This document shows positions 33,836 to 43,596 of a stretch of DNA of 64,000 bases, in pieces. Origin of the DNA: an uncultured Clostridia bacterium (GTDB lineage Bacteria > Bacillota > Clostridia > Oscillospirales > Ruminococcaceae). The stretch is taken from positions 4,206 to 68,205 of the forward strand of contig CANQKW010000006.1 of the NCBI GenBank assembly GCA_947624555.1. The letters run 5' to 3'. The notes under the pieces were generated by a model that saw only the letters and a list, made by a program, of their open reading frames with translations, had not been told where the DNA came from and made no database searches. A program made the translations under genes and the position numbers. Position 1 is the first letter of the stretch; every line of letters begins with the position of its first letter.

Positions 33836-35656
33836 TCAATATCTTTCCTGTATAAATCTGTACAGCGCCTCGGCTGTTTCCCTGCTTGAACCGATAGCCT
33901 TTCTAAGCTCTTCTGGGCAAGCCTCCTTAAGCGCCTGTTTTGTCTTGAACGTTTTCAAAAGAGCCATCTGCTTTGCCTCGCCTATGCCCTTTACCTCTCT
34001 CAGCTCAGAGCCGAAAAGCGCCTGTTTATGCTTTACTCTCTGATACGAAATAGCATACCTGTGCACCTCATCCTGCACGGCTGTCAGAAACCCGAACAGC
34101 GCACGGTTCGATTTTATCTCGATCTCGCCGCCCTGCGCTGCGATAGCACGTGTGCGGTGCTTGCTGTCCTTTACCAGTCCGAACAGCGGTATATTGACGT
34201 TAAGCTCCGAAAGAACCTCCGAAACAGCAAAAACGTGTCCTCTTCCGCCGTCCAGCAGTATCAGATCGGGCAAAGGAGCAAAGCTCTCATCGCCCTGTGC
34301 AAAGCGTGTAAGCCGCCGCCGCAGTACCTCCTGCATACACGCATAGTCGTTTTGTCCGTCGACCGTTTTTATCGCAAAACGCTTGTATGCGCTTTTCAGC
34401 GGTCTGCCGTTCTTATAGACGACCATTCCGCCGACAACGCCCGTTTCGCCGAAATTCGATATATCGTAGCTCTCGATTATTTCGGGGATTTTCGGCAGAG
34501 CCAGCAGCTCTTTCAAATCCTCCAGAGCCGAAATTTCCCTCTGCGTGCGACCTATTTTGAGCGCAAGGTACTCTCCTGCATTTTTTCTTGCAAGAGCCAC
34601 TCTCGAAAGACCGTCGCCCCTTTGAGGAACATAGATTTTCACGGCGTGACCCGCACGTTCCCTCAAAAGAACGCCGATAAGCTCTTTGTCCTCGAAATCC
34701 TCGTCCACGAGTATCTCCTTCGGGATATCTTCATTTTCAGCGTAATAGCTCAGCAGGAAATCTCTTCGCATAGAGCCTGCCTCGTACTCGTCGCCGATAA
34801 AGAAATTTTCCTTATCGACCAGCCGCCCGTTCCTGTATTTTATCACGGCAAACGACGCAGTACCGATATTCTGTGCGCCGCCGATTATGTCAAACTCCTG
34901 CTTATCGTCAAAAATGCTCTGACCGTTTTTCAGCCTTGTTATTGCGGCGATCCTGTCACGAAGAATAGCCGCCCGTTCAAATTCAAGATTTTCAGCCGCT
35001 TTTTCCATTTCTGCGGTCAGCTCTTCAACGCTTGCCCTGCTGCCGTTTTTGAGGAACTGCACAGCCTCCTCGACGATTTTTTTGTACTCTTCCGACGAGA
35101 TTTTTCCCTCGCAGACGCCCATACACCGTTTTATGTGATGATTTAAGCAAGGACGCTCCCTGTTGAAATCACGGGGAAATTTTTTCCTGCAAGTCGGCAG
35201 CATAAACATCATATTTGCCTCTTCGACCGCCTGTTTTACCGTATAGCCGCTTGTAAAAGGACCTATATAATCCGCATTTTTATCATCCGTCTGAAGAGCG
35301 TAGGATATTCTGGGATAATCTTCCCGTGAAATTTTTATATAATTATACCCCTTATCGTCCTTGAGAAGAATGTTGTACTTCGGCTGGTGCAGTTTTATCA
35401 GCGAACATTCCAGTACAAGAGCGTCAAGCTCTGTTTTTGTGACGATAAAGTCGAAATCGAATATTTTGGACACGAGTTTAAGCGTTTTCGCATTATGCTG
35501 CGAATTATGCCTGAAATAAGTCGTGACGCGGTTTTTAAGCGCTTTTGCCTTACCGACATAGATTATCTTACCGCTCTCGTCCTTCATAAGGTAAACTCCG
35601 GGTTCAAGCGGCAGCCGATTAGCTTTTTCACGCAAAAAATCTATTCTATCATTCAT
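33836..35656 (-). CDS. uvrC: excinuclease ABC subunit C
   Basis: GIY-YIG N-terminus (PGVYLMKDESGKIIYVGKAKALKNRV), a UVR domain, and a C-terminal HhH region. 606 aa. Confidence 0.95.
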   Translation of the reverse strand: MNDRIDFLREKANRLPLEPGVYLMKDESGKIIYVGKAKALKNRVTTYFRHNSQHNAKTLKLVSKIFDFDFIVTKTELDALVLECSLIKLHQPKYNILLKDDKGYNYIKISREDYPRISYALQTDDKNADYIGPFTSGYTVKQAVEEANMMFMLPTCRKKFPRDFNRERPCLNHHIKRCMGVCEGKISSEEYKKIVEEAVQFLKNGSRASVEELTAEMEKAAENLEFERAAILRDRIAAITRLKNGQSIFDDKQEFDIIGGAQNIGTASFAVIKYRNGRLVDKENFFIGDEYEAGSMRRDFLLSYYAENEDIPKEILVDEDFEDKELIGVLLRERAGHAVKIYVPQRGDGLSRVALARKNAGEYLALKIGRTQREISALEDLKELLALPKIPEIIESYDISNFGETGVVGGMVVYKNGRPLKSAYKRFAIKTVDGQNDYACMQEVLRRRLTRFAQGDESFAPLPDLILLDGGRGHVFAVSEVLSELNVNIPLFGLVKDSKHRTRAIAAQGGEIEIKSNRALFGFLTAVQDEVHRYAISYQRVKHKQALFGSELREVKGIGEAKQMALLKTFKTKQALKEACPEELRKAIGSSRETAEALYRFIQERY

Positions 35657-35749
35657 AAATACCGTTTAATTTTGCCGAATAAAGACATACGCTTTGCACG
35701 CTTTTTGGCACGCAAAGCGCATATTACCGCCCGCCTGCGGCAGCCCTGC

Positions 35750-36229
35750 TCAGAGCTGTCTTGTTCCGTGCGTAGCGGCACGTATTTCCATAACGCCCGT
35801 TCCCGGGTAAAAGAACAAAGTTCTTCCGTAATTTGAGCCTGTGTCCTCTGCCAAGATAGGTATTCTCTCCTTCGCCAGAATTGCCTTGACCTGAGCCACG
35901 TTTCTGTCGCCGATATTAAACCTGTCGTTCGTGATAGCAAACATTGTCGCCCCGCCCGCTATTTTCGCACGGAGCCGTCCCCGTGACGCACCCATCTTTT
36001 CCATCTCACGGATAAGCATCGGGATAGCGGTATCCGCAAACTTCATCGGGGTTGCTGCTCCTCCCGAGCTTGACGTGCTGTCGGGGAGCATTATATGGGA
36101 AAGTCCGCCGACGCCTGCCTGACTGTCCAGCAGACAAATCCCCACGCAGGAACCCAGCGCATATGTCACAAGCACATCAGTTGTCCTGCAAACCTTCAAA
36201 TCACCTATACCGATAGTTAAATTAGCCAT
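35750..36229 (-). CDS. cheD: chemoreceptor glutamine deamidase CheD
   Basis: Motifs LGSCVGICL and GLSHIMLP. ATG at 36229 overlaps the cheC stop by 8 nt; the listed GTG at 36241 is the alternative start. Confidence 0.9.
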   Translation of the reverse strand: MANLTIGIGDLKVCRTTDVLVTYALGSCVGICLLDSQAGVGGLSHIMLPDSTSSSGGAATPMKFADTAIPMLIREMEKMGASRGRLRAKIAGGATMFAITNDRFNIGDRNVAQVKAILAKERIPILAEDTGSNYGRTLFFYPGTGVMEIRAATHGTRQL

Positions 36230-36848
36230 CTTCTGCAACACCGAGTTTTTTCATCAAAATATACAGGGACTTCATATCGGGAATAAGGATAATATTCGAC
36301 TTAATATCCACCCCGTCTATCACGAAACCGTCATTAATGAACAGCACCTTATCTCCGATTTCGGAGTACATTACGATAGGCACGCTCATAATAGCGCCCA
36401 TCATATCCACCGTCATCGCAGGAACGCTCATATCAATAGTAAGACCCGTAAGCTGTCCTATCGCACGCAGATACGAGCCTGCCATAATGTTTCCCATTTC
36501 CTTTATCGTGGAAAAATCGTCCTGGTCAAGGTCAACAACACGCACATTTTGCTTTCCGAGGAACGTCGAAAGCACTATCTTAGCGAAATTATCCTCCAGC
36601 AGAAACATTATCATTCCCTGAATATCGCCGTCCAGATGCACCAGAATGCCCGTGATGACCTTTTCGGGACCGCCCATTTCGTCAATAACGTTGCTGTAAT
36701 TCATAACACGCACATCGGGCACTCTCATGGAAACCGACTTTCCGAGCATTTCGGACAAAGCGCTTGCAGCACTTCCCGAGCCGATATTTCCCACTTCCTT
36801 CAGGCAGTCAATAGCCGTGGGCGTTAAATCATCATAGGTTCTTATCAT
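36222..36848 (-). CDS. cheC: CheY-P phosphatase CheC
   Basis: Duplicated CheC motifs (EVGNIGSGSAASALSEML and EMGNIMAGSYLRAI). The start is ATG 36848 or GTG 36857. Confidence 0.85.
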   Translation of the reverse strand: MIRTYDDLTPTAIDCLKEVGNIGSGSAASALSEMLGKSVSMRVPDVRVMNYSNVIDEMGGPEKVITGILVHLDGDIQGMIMFLLEDNFAKIVLSTFLGKQNVRVVDLDQDDFSTIKEMGNIMAGSYLRAIGQLTGLTIDMSVPAMTVDMMGAIMSVPIVMYSEIGDKVLFINDGFVIDGVDIKSNIILIPDMKSLYILMKKLGVAEDG

Positions 36849-36883
36849 TTTGATCACTCTCTTCTGCCGAATAAAGACTTGAT

Positions 36884-37651
36884 TTATCTCAGATTATTTG
36901 CAATTCTCGCAAGCTCGTCTGATGTCGTGACAACCCGTGAGCTTATCTGATAAGCTCTCTGCGTTTCGATAAGCTTTACCATTTGCGTCGCCAGATCGAC
37001 ATTTGATGCGATAAGCACGCTTTGCAGCTTTTCTGCATTGGGATTGTAAACCGCAGCTCCGCTTTTTCCGTTCTCGACATAACGGTTAGTACCCAAAGCC
37101 TCCAGTCCGAAAGGATTGGGGAATTCAAAAACGCCTATAGCCTGCTTTAGCGCATTCGAGTCGATAGTCGTCGTATCATCCTCAAATGGTATCCTGATAC
37201 GCTGTTTGTTTCCGTCCAGCACATACTCTCCCGATGCGGAAACCAGCCACCACTCGCCGTTCTCGCCGACCTGCGTCATACCGAAAGCGCCGTCGCGTGT
37301 GTAATTTACGCCGCCCCACCTATCCTCTACCGCAAAAAATCCCTCTCCTGCGATAGCGAAATCCAGCACTCTGTCAGTATCGTAGAAATGCGACTGCGAA
37401 AACATAAGGTCTGTTTTCTGGACATATGCGCCGTGACCTGTCTGCCAGTCAGGCTCAAGAATATCGTTTTCTCCGTCGTTATCGGTGTCCTTAAAATCCC
37501 TGCGGTAGCTTTCGTAGATGCAGTCCGCAAAATCGGGGCGTATCGTCTGATAGCCGACAGTGTTTATATTTGCCATATTGTTGGCATATACAGCCAGAGC
37601 TTTTGCCTGCTCTATCATAGCGGTTTTGCCTGTATGGAACGATATATTCAT
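36884..37651 (-). CDS. flgG: flagellar basal-body rod protein (FlgG/FlhP-like)
   Basis: N-terminal rod motif ...ANNMANINTVGYQ and C-terminal ...IETQRAYQISSRVVTTSDEL. RBS is GGAGGA. Confidence 0.8.
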   Translation of the reverse strand: MNISFHTGKTAMIEQAKALAVYANNMANINTVGYQTIRPDFADCIYESYRRDFKDTDNDGENDILEPDWQTGHGAYVQKTDLMFSQSHFYDTDRVLDFAIAGEGFFAVEDRWGGVNYTRDGAFGMTQVGENGEWWLVSASGEYVLDGNKQRIRIPFEDDTTTIDSNALKQAIGVFEFPNPFGLEALGTNRYVENGKSGAAVYNPNAEKLQSVLIASNVDLATQMVKLIETQRAYQISSRVVTTSDELARIANNLR

Positions 37652-37679
37652 AAAAATCCTCCGTTCAGATGATTGTCAA

Positions 37680-38417
37680 TTACACTTTTCTGCAAAGATT
37701 TACCGTATTCTGGTTCATACCGTCTGCGAGCTTTAAAATCGAGGACGCTGCCTCGTACAAACGGTTTGTATTCATCATCATTGTAAGCTCGTAGTTAAGG
37801 TCAATATTTGAACGCTCCAGAGAGCCCTGAAGTATCTCATACCGCAAATTTTCGGGAACAGGCTGTGCGGTTGCTGCGGTAAACATATTTGCCCCGAATT
37901 TTGTCACATCGCTTTCGGGGTCGATATAGGACAGCAAAAGCCTATCCACGAGCGTACCGTCTCTGTAGATACTGCCGTCCGAATCAATAGTGAAATCCTT
38001 TGTTCCAAGATAGATCTCGCCGTTTTCGCCGAGTATTCTTCCCGAAGAAGACAAGCAGAGATAACCCTCTGCGTCAAGCTCCCAGTTTCCGTTTCTGGTG
38101 AGCATATTCTGACCGTTATATCCTGCGATATTGAAATAAACATCGCCCTGTATTGCCACATCGAACGGGCTGTCCGTAAACTCGAAAAATCCCTGTTTCA
38201 AATCGGTATATGACGTATCTATATATGTCTGACCGAAAGTGCCCGAAAGCTCTTCACGGTGCTTTACGAGTATCATCTGCTCATCGAAGGTATTAGGCAG
38301 CACAGTATCCCGCTTATATCCTGCGGTACTCATATTGGCAAGATTATTGCCGATACAGTCCAGCTTGCGCTGGTTCATTATCATACCGTTTGCGGCGTAG
38401 TAATAACCTCTGTTCAT
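37680..38417 (-). CDS. flgF: flagellar basal-body rod protein (FlgF/FlhO-like)
   Basis: N-terminal ...IGNNLANMSTAGYKRD and C-terminal ...NRLYEAASSILK. It is the upstream member of the rod-gene pair; the F versus G assignment is tentative. Confidence 0.7.
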   Translation of the reverse strand: MNRGYYYAANGMIMNQRKLDCIGNNLANMSTAGYKRDTVLPNTFDEQMILVKHREELSGTFGQTYIDTSYTDLKQGFFEFTDSPFDVAIQGDVYFNIAGYNGQNMLTRNGNWELDAEGYLCLSSSGRILGENGEIYLGTKDFTIDSDGSIYRDGTLVDRLLLSYIDPESDVTKFGANMFTAATAQPVPENLRYEILQGSLERSNIDLNYELTMMMNTNRLYEAASSILKLADGMNQNTVNLCRKV

Positions 38418-38438
38418 AGGGTATCCTTTCCAAAAACT

Positions 38439-39188
38439 TTAATTCCCGTTGATATAACTGCTCAATTTGGCTTTAAGCGTAAGCGCAGCCTTTGAGTGTA
38501 TCTGGCAGATCCTGCCCTCTGACACTCCCAGCGCCTTTGCGATGTCCGAATATTTCATATTCTTGTAGTAATACAGCGTAATGACCTGCCGTTCTCTGTC
38601 GGCAAGCTCGTTTACAGCCTCTGCGACAACTTTTTTCATTTCCTCGTGCAGAAGATCCTTGTCAAGGCTGCTGTCCTTCACGGACGGCTCGTCGATATTA
38701 TCCTCGTACAAAAGCTCCTCAAATGAGAGCGTCAGCGTACAGGAACATTCCGACATCATCTTCAGCATTTTTTCCTCGTCCATACCGAGTTGTTCTGCAA
38801 GCTCGGAATTTGTAGGCGGTCTCCCATTTAAATTATACAACAAAGAATTTGCTTTGTCAAGTGCCTTGGCAAATTTCCTGATATTACGGGGCACCCAATC
38901 CTGACTTCTCAGGAAATCAATTATTGCGCCGCGTATTTTAAGGCTTGCGTAAGTCTCGAATTTTGCTCCTCTGTCGGGGGAATACCCCTCGATAGCGTCC
39001 ATAAGAGCGATAACGCCCTCGTTTACGACGTCGTCGACGTCCCCGTACTTTATGTACATATTTCTCATAGAGAGCGCCACCGCACGCACAAGCCCCATAT
39101 TGTTAAGGACTATCTCATTTCTGAGCGCTATATCGCGGTTCTGTTGATACAAAGCCACCCGTTCGGCATTATTATACTCTTCGGACAA
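38439..39188 (-). CDS. fliA: flagellar sigma factor (sigma-28, FliA/SigD)
   Basis: Sigma-70 family regions 2-4, with region 4.2 HTH YSDIAKALGVSEGRICQIHSKA. Positioned after flhA. TTG start follows AGGGGGTGA. Confidence 0.85.
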   Translation of the reverse strand: MSEEYNNAERVALYQQNRDIALRNEIVLNNMGLVRAVALSMRNMYIKYGDVDDVVNEGVIALMDAIEGYSPDRGAKFETYASLKIRGAIIDFLRSQDWVPRNIRKFAKALDKANSLLYNLNGRPPTNSELAEQLGMDEEKMLKMMSECSCTLTLSFEELLYEDNIDEPSVKDSSLDKDLLHEEMKKVVAEAVNELADRERQVITLYYYKNMKYSDIAKALGVSEGRICQIHSKAALTLKAKLSSYINGN

Positions 39189-39214
39189 TTTGTATCACCC
39201 CCTGAAAAAGCGCA

Positions 39215-41305
39215 TCATACTCTCACGGCAGAACCCAAAGAAATATTTCCTATAGCCTGAATTTGTGCCGAGGCGTCTATCTCGCTGTACGACAGCACAG
39301 TAATATTCGGGATAAACTGCTCGGTAAGCTTTTTGAAATAAATTCTGACAACGGGGGACGTTAAAATTATTACAGTCGGTATAACGTCCTTGATTTTATC
39401 GATTTCTTCATTTGTCGCAGCGACGATATTCTGGATAACATCAGGCGGCATCGCGAGATAGCTGCCCTGCTCGTTTTTCTTGACGGAGCTTACGATCATA
39501 TCCTCTATCTGAGTATCGAGCGTGATGACTCTCAGCGAATTTGCCTCTGCAAAACGGTGAGTTATAGTCCTCTTGAGCGACTGACGAACGTACTCCGTTG
39601 CAATATCTATATCCTTCAGGACATTTGTATGGTCGCCTAAAGTTTCGAGAATGGTTTCCATATCTCTGATAGGAATGCCCTCTTTGAGCAGGTTTGCAAG
39701 CACCTTTTGCAGATAACCCACGGAAACGACTTTCGGTATAAGGTCGTCCACAACGATAGGGTTGGTTTTTTTGACGTTTTCTATCATAGTGTTTACGTCC
39801 TGACGGGAAAGCAGCTCGTGAGCGTATCGTTTCATAATCTCGCTCCAGTGCGTTATCATAACGGAAACGGGGTCGATAAGCGTATATCCTGCCACGTCCG
39901 CCATAATTTTCTTGTCCTCGGAGATCCATTTTGCCGGAAGTCCGAAAGCAGGCTCTACCGTATCAATGCCCTCTATCTGAGCGGTAACGTCGCCGCTGTC
40001 AAGCGCAAGATAGTGGTCGACGAGAATTTCGCCCCGTGCGACCTCTTCGCCCTTTATCTTGATTATGTACATATTCGGGTTGATTTCGGGGTTATCGGTC
40101 ATTCGCACCGACGGTATTACCATACCCATGTCCATAGCGAACTGCTTACGGAAAATTACCACACGGTCTATGAAGTTACCGCCGCTCTTCTCGTCAACAA
40201 GCCGCAAAAGGCTGTAACCGAACTCCATTTCGATAGGCTCTACATTGAGCAGCTTGAAAACGTTGTCAATATCACGGTAATAGTCGTTGTCGGTTTTCGG
40301 CTTTTCAAGCTCCTCCTGCTCTGCTTTGGCACGCTGTGCAAGCTCAAGCTGCGCCATTTTTTTCTTGTTTCTGTCAAGGAAGAATGCGGCAGTTATCATC
40401 AAAGTGCCCAAAATAAGCAGAACGAAAGTCGGAAATCCCGGAATAAGCATCATCACGAGCACGACAATTCCGGCAATAAGAAGAACGAACGGCTGAGCGG
40501 TAAATTGTGACTTGATGTCGTTGATAAGGCTGTCCTCGGACGCTGCGCGAGTCACGATCATACCTGTTGCCACGGAAATAAGCAGCGAAGGTATCTGAGA
40601 GCAAAGACCGTCGCCGACGGTTGCCAGAGAATAGGTGTTAAGAATGGTATTGAAATCGCCGCCGCCCTGGACCATACCGATAATAACGCCGCCGATAAGG
40701 TTTACAAGCGTTGTAATTATCGACATAATAGCGTCGCCCTTTACGAACTTTGTGGCACCGTCCATTGAGCCGTAAAAGTCAGCCTCTCGCTGTATATTGT
40801 TTCGGCGCATTTTTGCCTGTTCTTCGTTGATAAGACCCGAGTTAAGGTCGGCGTCTATTGCCATCTGCTTACCGGGCATAGCGTCGAGGGTAAAACGTGC
40901 AGCGACTTCGGATACACGCTCCGAACCCTTTGTGATGACGATAAAGTTTACCAATACTATGATTATGAATATCAGAAATCCGACGATAGCGTTACCGCCC
41001 ATAACGAAGTTACCGAAAGCTCTTATGACTTCGCCGGCATAGCCGCTTGTAAGGATACCTCTTGTAGTCGAGATATTAAGCGACAGGCGCAATACGGTCG
41101 TTACGAGGAGGACTGTCGGGAAAACCGAAAACTCAAGCGCCTCTTTGATAAACATTGTCATAATGAGAATTATCAAAGAAAGTGCAATATTGAGCATTAT
41201 CATAAAGTCAAGCAGCCACGAAGGCAGCGGAATAATAATTGCAAGCACTATAAAGATGATGAACAGCACCATAGAGTTGCTCAAAATCTTGCGTATCATA
41301 CTCAA
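39215..41305 (-). CDS. flhA: flagellar export apparatus protein FlhA
   Basis: A 696-aa protein with an N-terminal polytopic domain and a large cytoplasmic domain, in the typical FlhA pattern. Confidence 0.95.
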   Translation of the reverse strand: MSMIRKILSNSMVLFIIFIVLAIIIPLPSWLLDFMIMLNIALSLIILIMTMFIKEALEFSVFPTVLLVTTVLRLSLNISTTRGILTSGYAGEVIRAFGNFVMGGNAIVGFLIFIIIVLVNFIVITKGSERVSEVAARFTLDAMPGKQMAIDADLNSGLINEEQAKMRRNNIQREADFYGSMDGATKFVKGDAIMSIITTLVNLIGGVIIGMVQGGGDFNTILNTYSLATVGDGLCSQIPSLLISVATGMIVTRAASEDSLINDIKSQFTAQPFVLLIAGIVVLVMMLIPGFPTFVLLILGTLMITAAFFLDRNKKKMAQLELAQRAKAEQEELEKPKTDNDYYRDIDNVFKLLNVEPIEMEFGYSLLRLVDEKSGGNFIDRVVIFRKQFAMDMGMVIPSVRMTDNPEINPNMYIIKIKGEEVARGEILVDHYLALDSGDVTAQIEGIDTVEPAFGLPAKWISEDKKIMADVAGYTLIDPVSVMITHWSEIMKRYAHELLSRQDVNTMIENVKKTNPIVVDDLIPKVVSVGYLQKVLANLLKEGIPIRDMETILETLGDHTNVLKDIDIATEYVRQSLKRTITHRFAEANSLRVITLDTQIEDMIVSSVKKNEQGSYLAMPPDVIQNIVAATNEEIDKIKDVIPTVIILTSPVVRIYFKKLTEQFIPNITVLSYSEIDASAQIQAIGNISLGSAVRV

Positions 41306-41404
41306 ATCAGCTGTTCACCTCCTGAAAATCTGATTTTAAAAAATTACTTGAAAAATCCGAAGAGATTTTTCAAAAAGTCCCGTCGAATTAAGGCAAAGCC
41401 CATT

Positions 41405-42469
41405 TTATGCGTGCAGCACCTTTTTCTTTGCCTTGTAGACAACGGTCAGCACCTCTGCTACTGCGTCGTAAAGCTCGTAAGGTATCTCGCGTCCCAGATC
41501 GACCTGTGCGTAGAGCGCCCGTGCAAGCGGAGGATTTTCTATGCACATAACATCGTGGTTTTCCGCAATATCAATTATTCTCAAAGCGAGATAATCCTTT
41601 CCCTTTGCAACGACCTGCGGCGCTCTGTTTTTGTCCTGGTCGTATCTCAGCGCCACCGCATAGTGGGTAGGGTTTCTTATAACAACGTCCGCCGAGGGCA
41701 CGTCCTGCATCATTCTGCGCTGAGCCATTTGCTGCTGACGCTGTTTTATCTTGGATTTGACCTGTGGGTCGCCTTCCATTTGCTTAAACTCTTCCTTTAC
41801 CTCCTGTTTGGACATTTTGAGCTTTTTTTCAAACTGCCACCATTGAAAAAGGAAGTCCGCCGCCGCCACGAACACCAGCATTATGCATATCAGCATAACC
41901 AGATCGAAAATCGAAAGCGCAGCATAAGCGATGCCCTGCATAAGACCGCTCTTCATCAAGGAGAGTATAATCGGCATTCTCCCCGAAATCTCGTTGAAGA
42001 TCATCACGCCGACTACAATTACCTCGACAAGACCCTTTAAAATTCCGACAATAGACTGTAAAGAGAACATTTTTTTAATGCCCTCTAAGGGGTTTAGCCG
42101 TGAGAATTTCGGTCTTAGCGCCTTCATCGTAAACAATCCTTTTGTCTGCGCCACTGTCGGCAGAATACCCAGCAGCATAGCCACAGCACACACAGGACCT
42201 ACAATTATGACAAAGACCGTCATCATATTGACAATCAGCGGCATTAAATTATCGACCGACACCTCATAAGTCGCCGAAACGTCATATACATTGTAAGTAT
42301 AGGAAAGGATGGTTTTCATCATCATTTCCGCAAACAGCCGCACCGATGCGAAAATTCCCAACACCGACACTGCCGTTACGACTTCCTTTGACTGAAGAAC
42401 GTTTCCTTCCTTTCGTTGGTCACGGCGTTTTTTCGGCGTGGCTTTTTCGGTTTTTTCCTCTCCTGCCAA
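41405..42469 (-). CDS. flhB: flagellar export apparatus protein FlhB
   Basis: Autocleavage motif NPTHYAVAL and N-terminal EKTEKATPKKRRD. Confidence 0.93.
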   Translation of the reverse strand: MAGEEKTEKATPKKRRDQRKEGNVLQSKEVVTAVSVLGIFASVRLFAEMMMKTILSYTYNVYDVSATYEVSVDNLMPLIVNMMTVFVIIVGPVCAVAMLLGILPTVAQTKGLFTMKALRPKFSRLNPLEGIKKMFSLQSIVGILKGLVEVIVVGVMIFNEISGRMPIILSLMKSGLMQGIAYAALSIFDLVMLICIMLVFVAAADFLFQWWQFEKKLKMSKQEVKEEFKQMEGDPQVKSKIKQRQQQMAQRRMMQDVPSADVVIRNPTHYAVALRYDQDKNRAPQVVAKGKDYLALRIIDIAENHDVMCIENPPLARALYAQVDLGREIPYELYDAVAEVLTVVYKAKKKVLHA

Positions 42470-42502
42470 AAAATCACCACCGTTTAAGCAAAATCGTTCA
42501 TA

Positions 42503-43279
42503 TCAGACAAATCCGCTGACAAGCCCGTTAAGATTTTCAAACATAATCCCCATAAACTCGTCCAGAAACTCAGAGATAACGGGTGCGCTTGCCGTAAGAA
42601 CGATAAAGCCGACAAGCATTTTTATCTGGATATTCAGCACGAAAACGTGTATCGTCGGCACAGCCTTCATAAGCACGCCTATACAGAATTCCGAAATAAG
42701 CGACGCCGCAATAACGGGCATTGCAAGCTTTAGTCCCAGCGTCAGCACCGTTTCAAAATACCGTACAAGAATGTATGGCACGTTTATATTAAAGCTCTGA
42801 AAACCGATAGGAATGGCATCATAGCTTGTTGAAAACAATTCAATATAGCTTTTATGAGCGCCTGCTGCGAAAAAGTACAGCACGAACCAATAGCTGTACA
42901 AATTCGTTGTCAGACCTGCATTTCCGAAGGTCGGGTCATAGCTTTTCGCCATAGAAAGACCAAGCTGCATATCCGTGACCTCGCCTGCCATCGAAAACAC
43001 CTGTAACATAAGGTTTACGAAAAACCCGAGTATCGCCCCCACGAGAAGTTCTTTTCCCAGATCGAACACAAACGGCAGCAAACCCGGGGGCAGCGTGTAA
43101 TCAAATCCTCCTGCGACCGTCATAACCAGCGCAAGCGCCATTGAGCAGCCTGCTTTTATAACATTTGGGACTTCACGTCTTGCAAAAATCGGATTGAACG
43201 AAAAAATGCCCGTGACCCGTGCCAGCACCATAATATAAACTATGAAATTCGTTTGTATCGCTGTCCAGACCTCAGACAT
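42503..43279 (-). CDS. fliR: flagellar export apparatus protein FliR
   Basis: A 258-aa polytopic protein positioned between fliQ and flhB. Confidence 0.88.
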   Translation of the reverse strand: MSEVWTAIQTNFIVYIMVLARVTGIFSFNPIFARREVPNVIKAGCSMALALVMTVAGGFDYTLPPGLLPFVFDLGKELLVGAILGFFVNLMLQVFSMAGEVTDMQLGLSMAKSYDPTFGNAGLTTNLYSYWFVLYFFAAGAHKSYIELFSTSYDAIPIGFQSFNINVPYILVRYFETVLTLGLKLAMPVIAASLISEFCIGVLMKAVPTIHVFVLNIQIKMLVGFIVLTASAPVISEFLDEFMGIMFENLNGLVSGFV

Positions 43280-43297
43280 CTCAAATCACCCGAAAGA

Positions 43298-43570
43298 TTA
43301 TGTAATCGGCAATTCTGCCATTTTATCGAAAATCAAATTGACAAATTCAATGCACTCGTTTGCCATCCACGGCGCCAAAAAGAACAGCGTAAGTCCGACA
43401 GCGACCGCTTTCGGCGCAAAGGAGATAGTCTGCTCGTGTATCTGTGTTGCCGCCTGTAAAATTGCAATTACAAGTCCGACGATCATTGCCACTATCAATA
43501 CGGGCAGAGCAAGTTTCATCGCAAGCATAACCGCCGCCTGCATCAATTCCATTACGTCGTCCTGCGTCAT
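43298..43570 (-). CDS. fliQ: flagellar export apparatus protein FliQ
   Basis: A 90-aa two-TM protein with a typical FliQ sequence (ALPVLIVAMIVGLVIAILQAATQIHEQT). Confidence 0.9.
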   Translation of the reverse strand: MTQDDVMELMQAAVMLAMKLALPVLIVAMIVGLVIAILQAATQIHEQTISFAPKAVAVGLTLFFLAPWMANECIEFVNLIFDKMAELPIT

Positions 43571-43596
43571 AAAATCACTTCCTTAAAACAGCTTTG

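Noticed and set aside
35653-35940. 95-aa minus-strand ORF spanning the cheD-uvrC gap
   Set aside because: It overlaps the 3' end of cheD in another frame and has no RBS. cheD is well supported.
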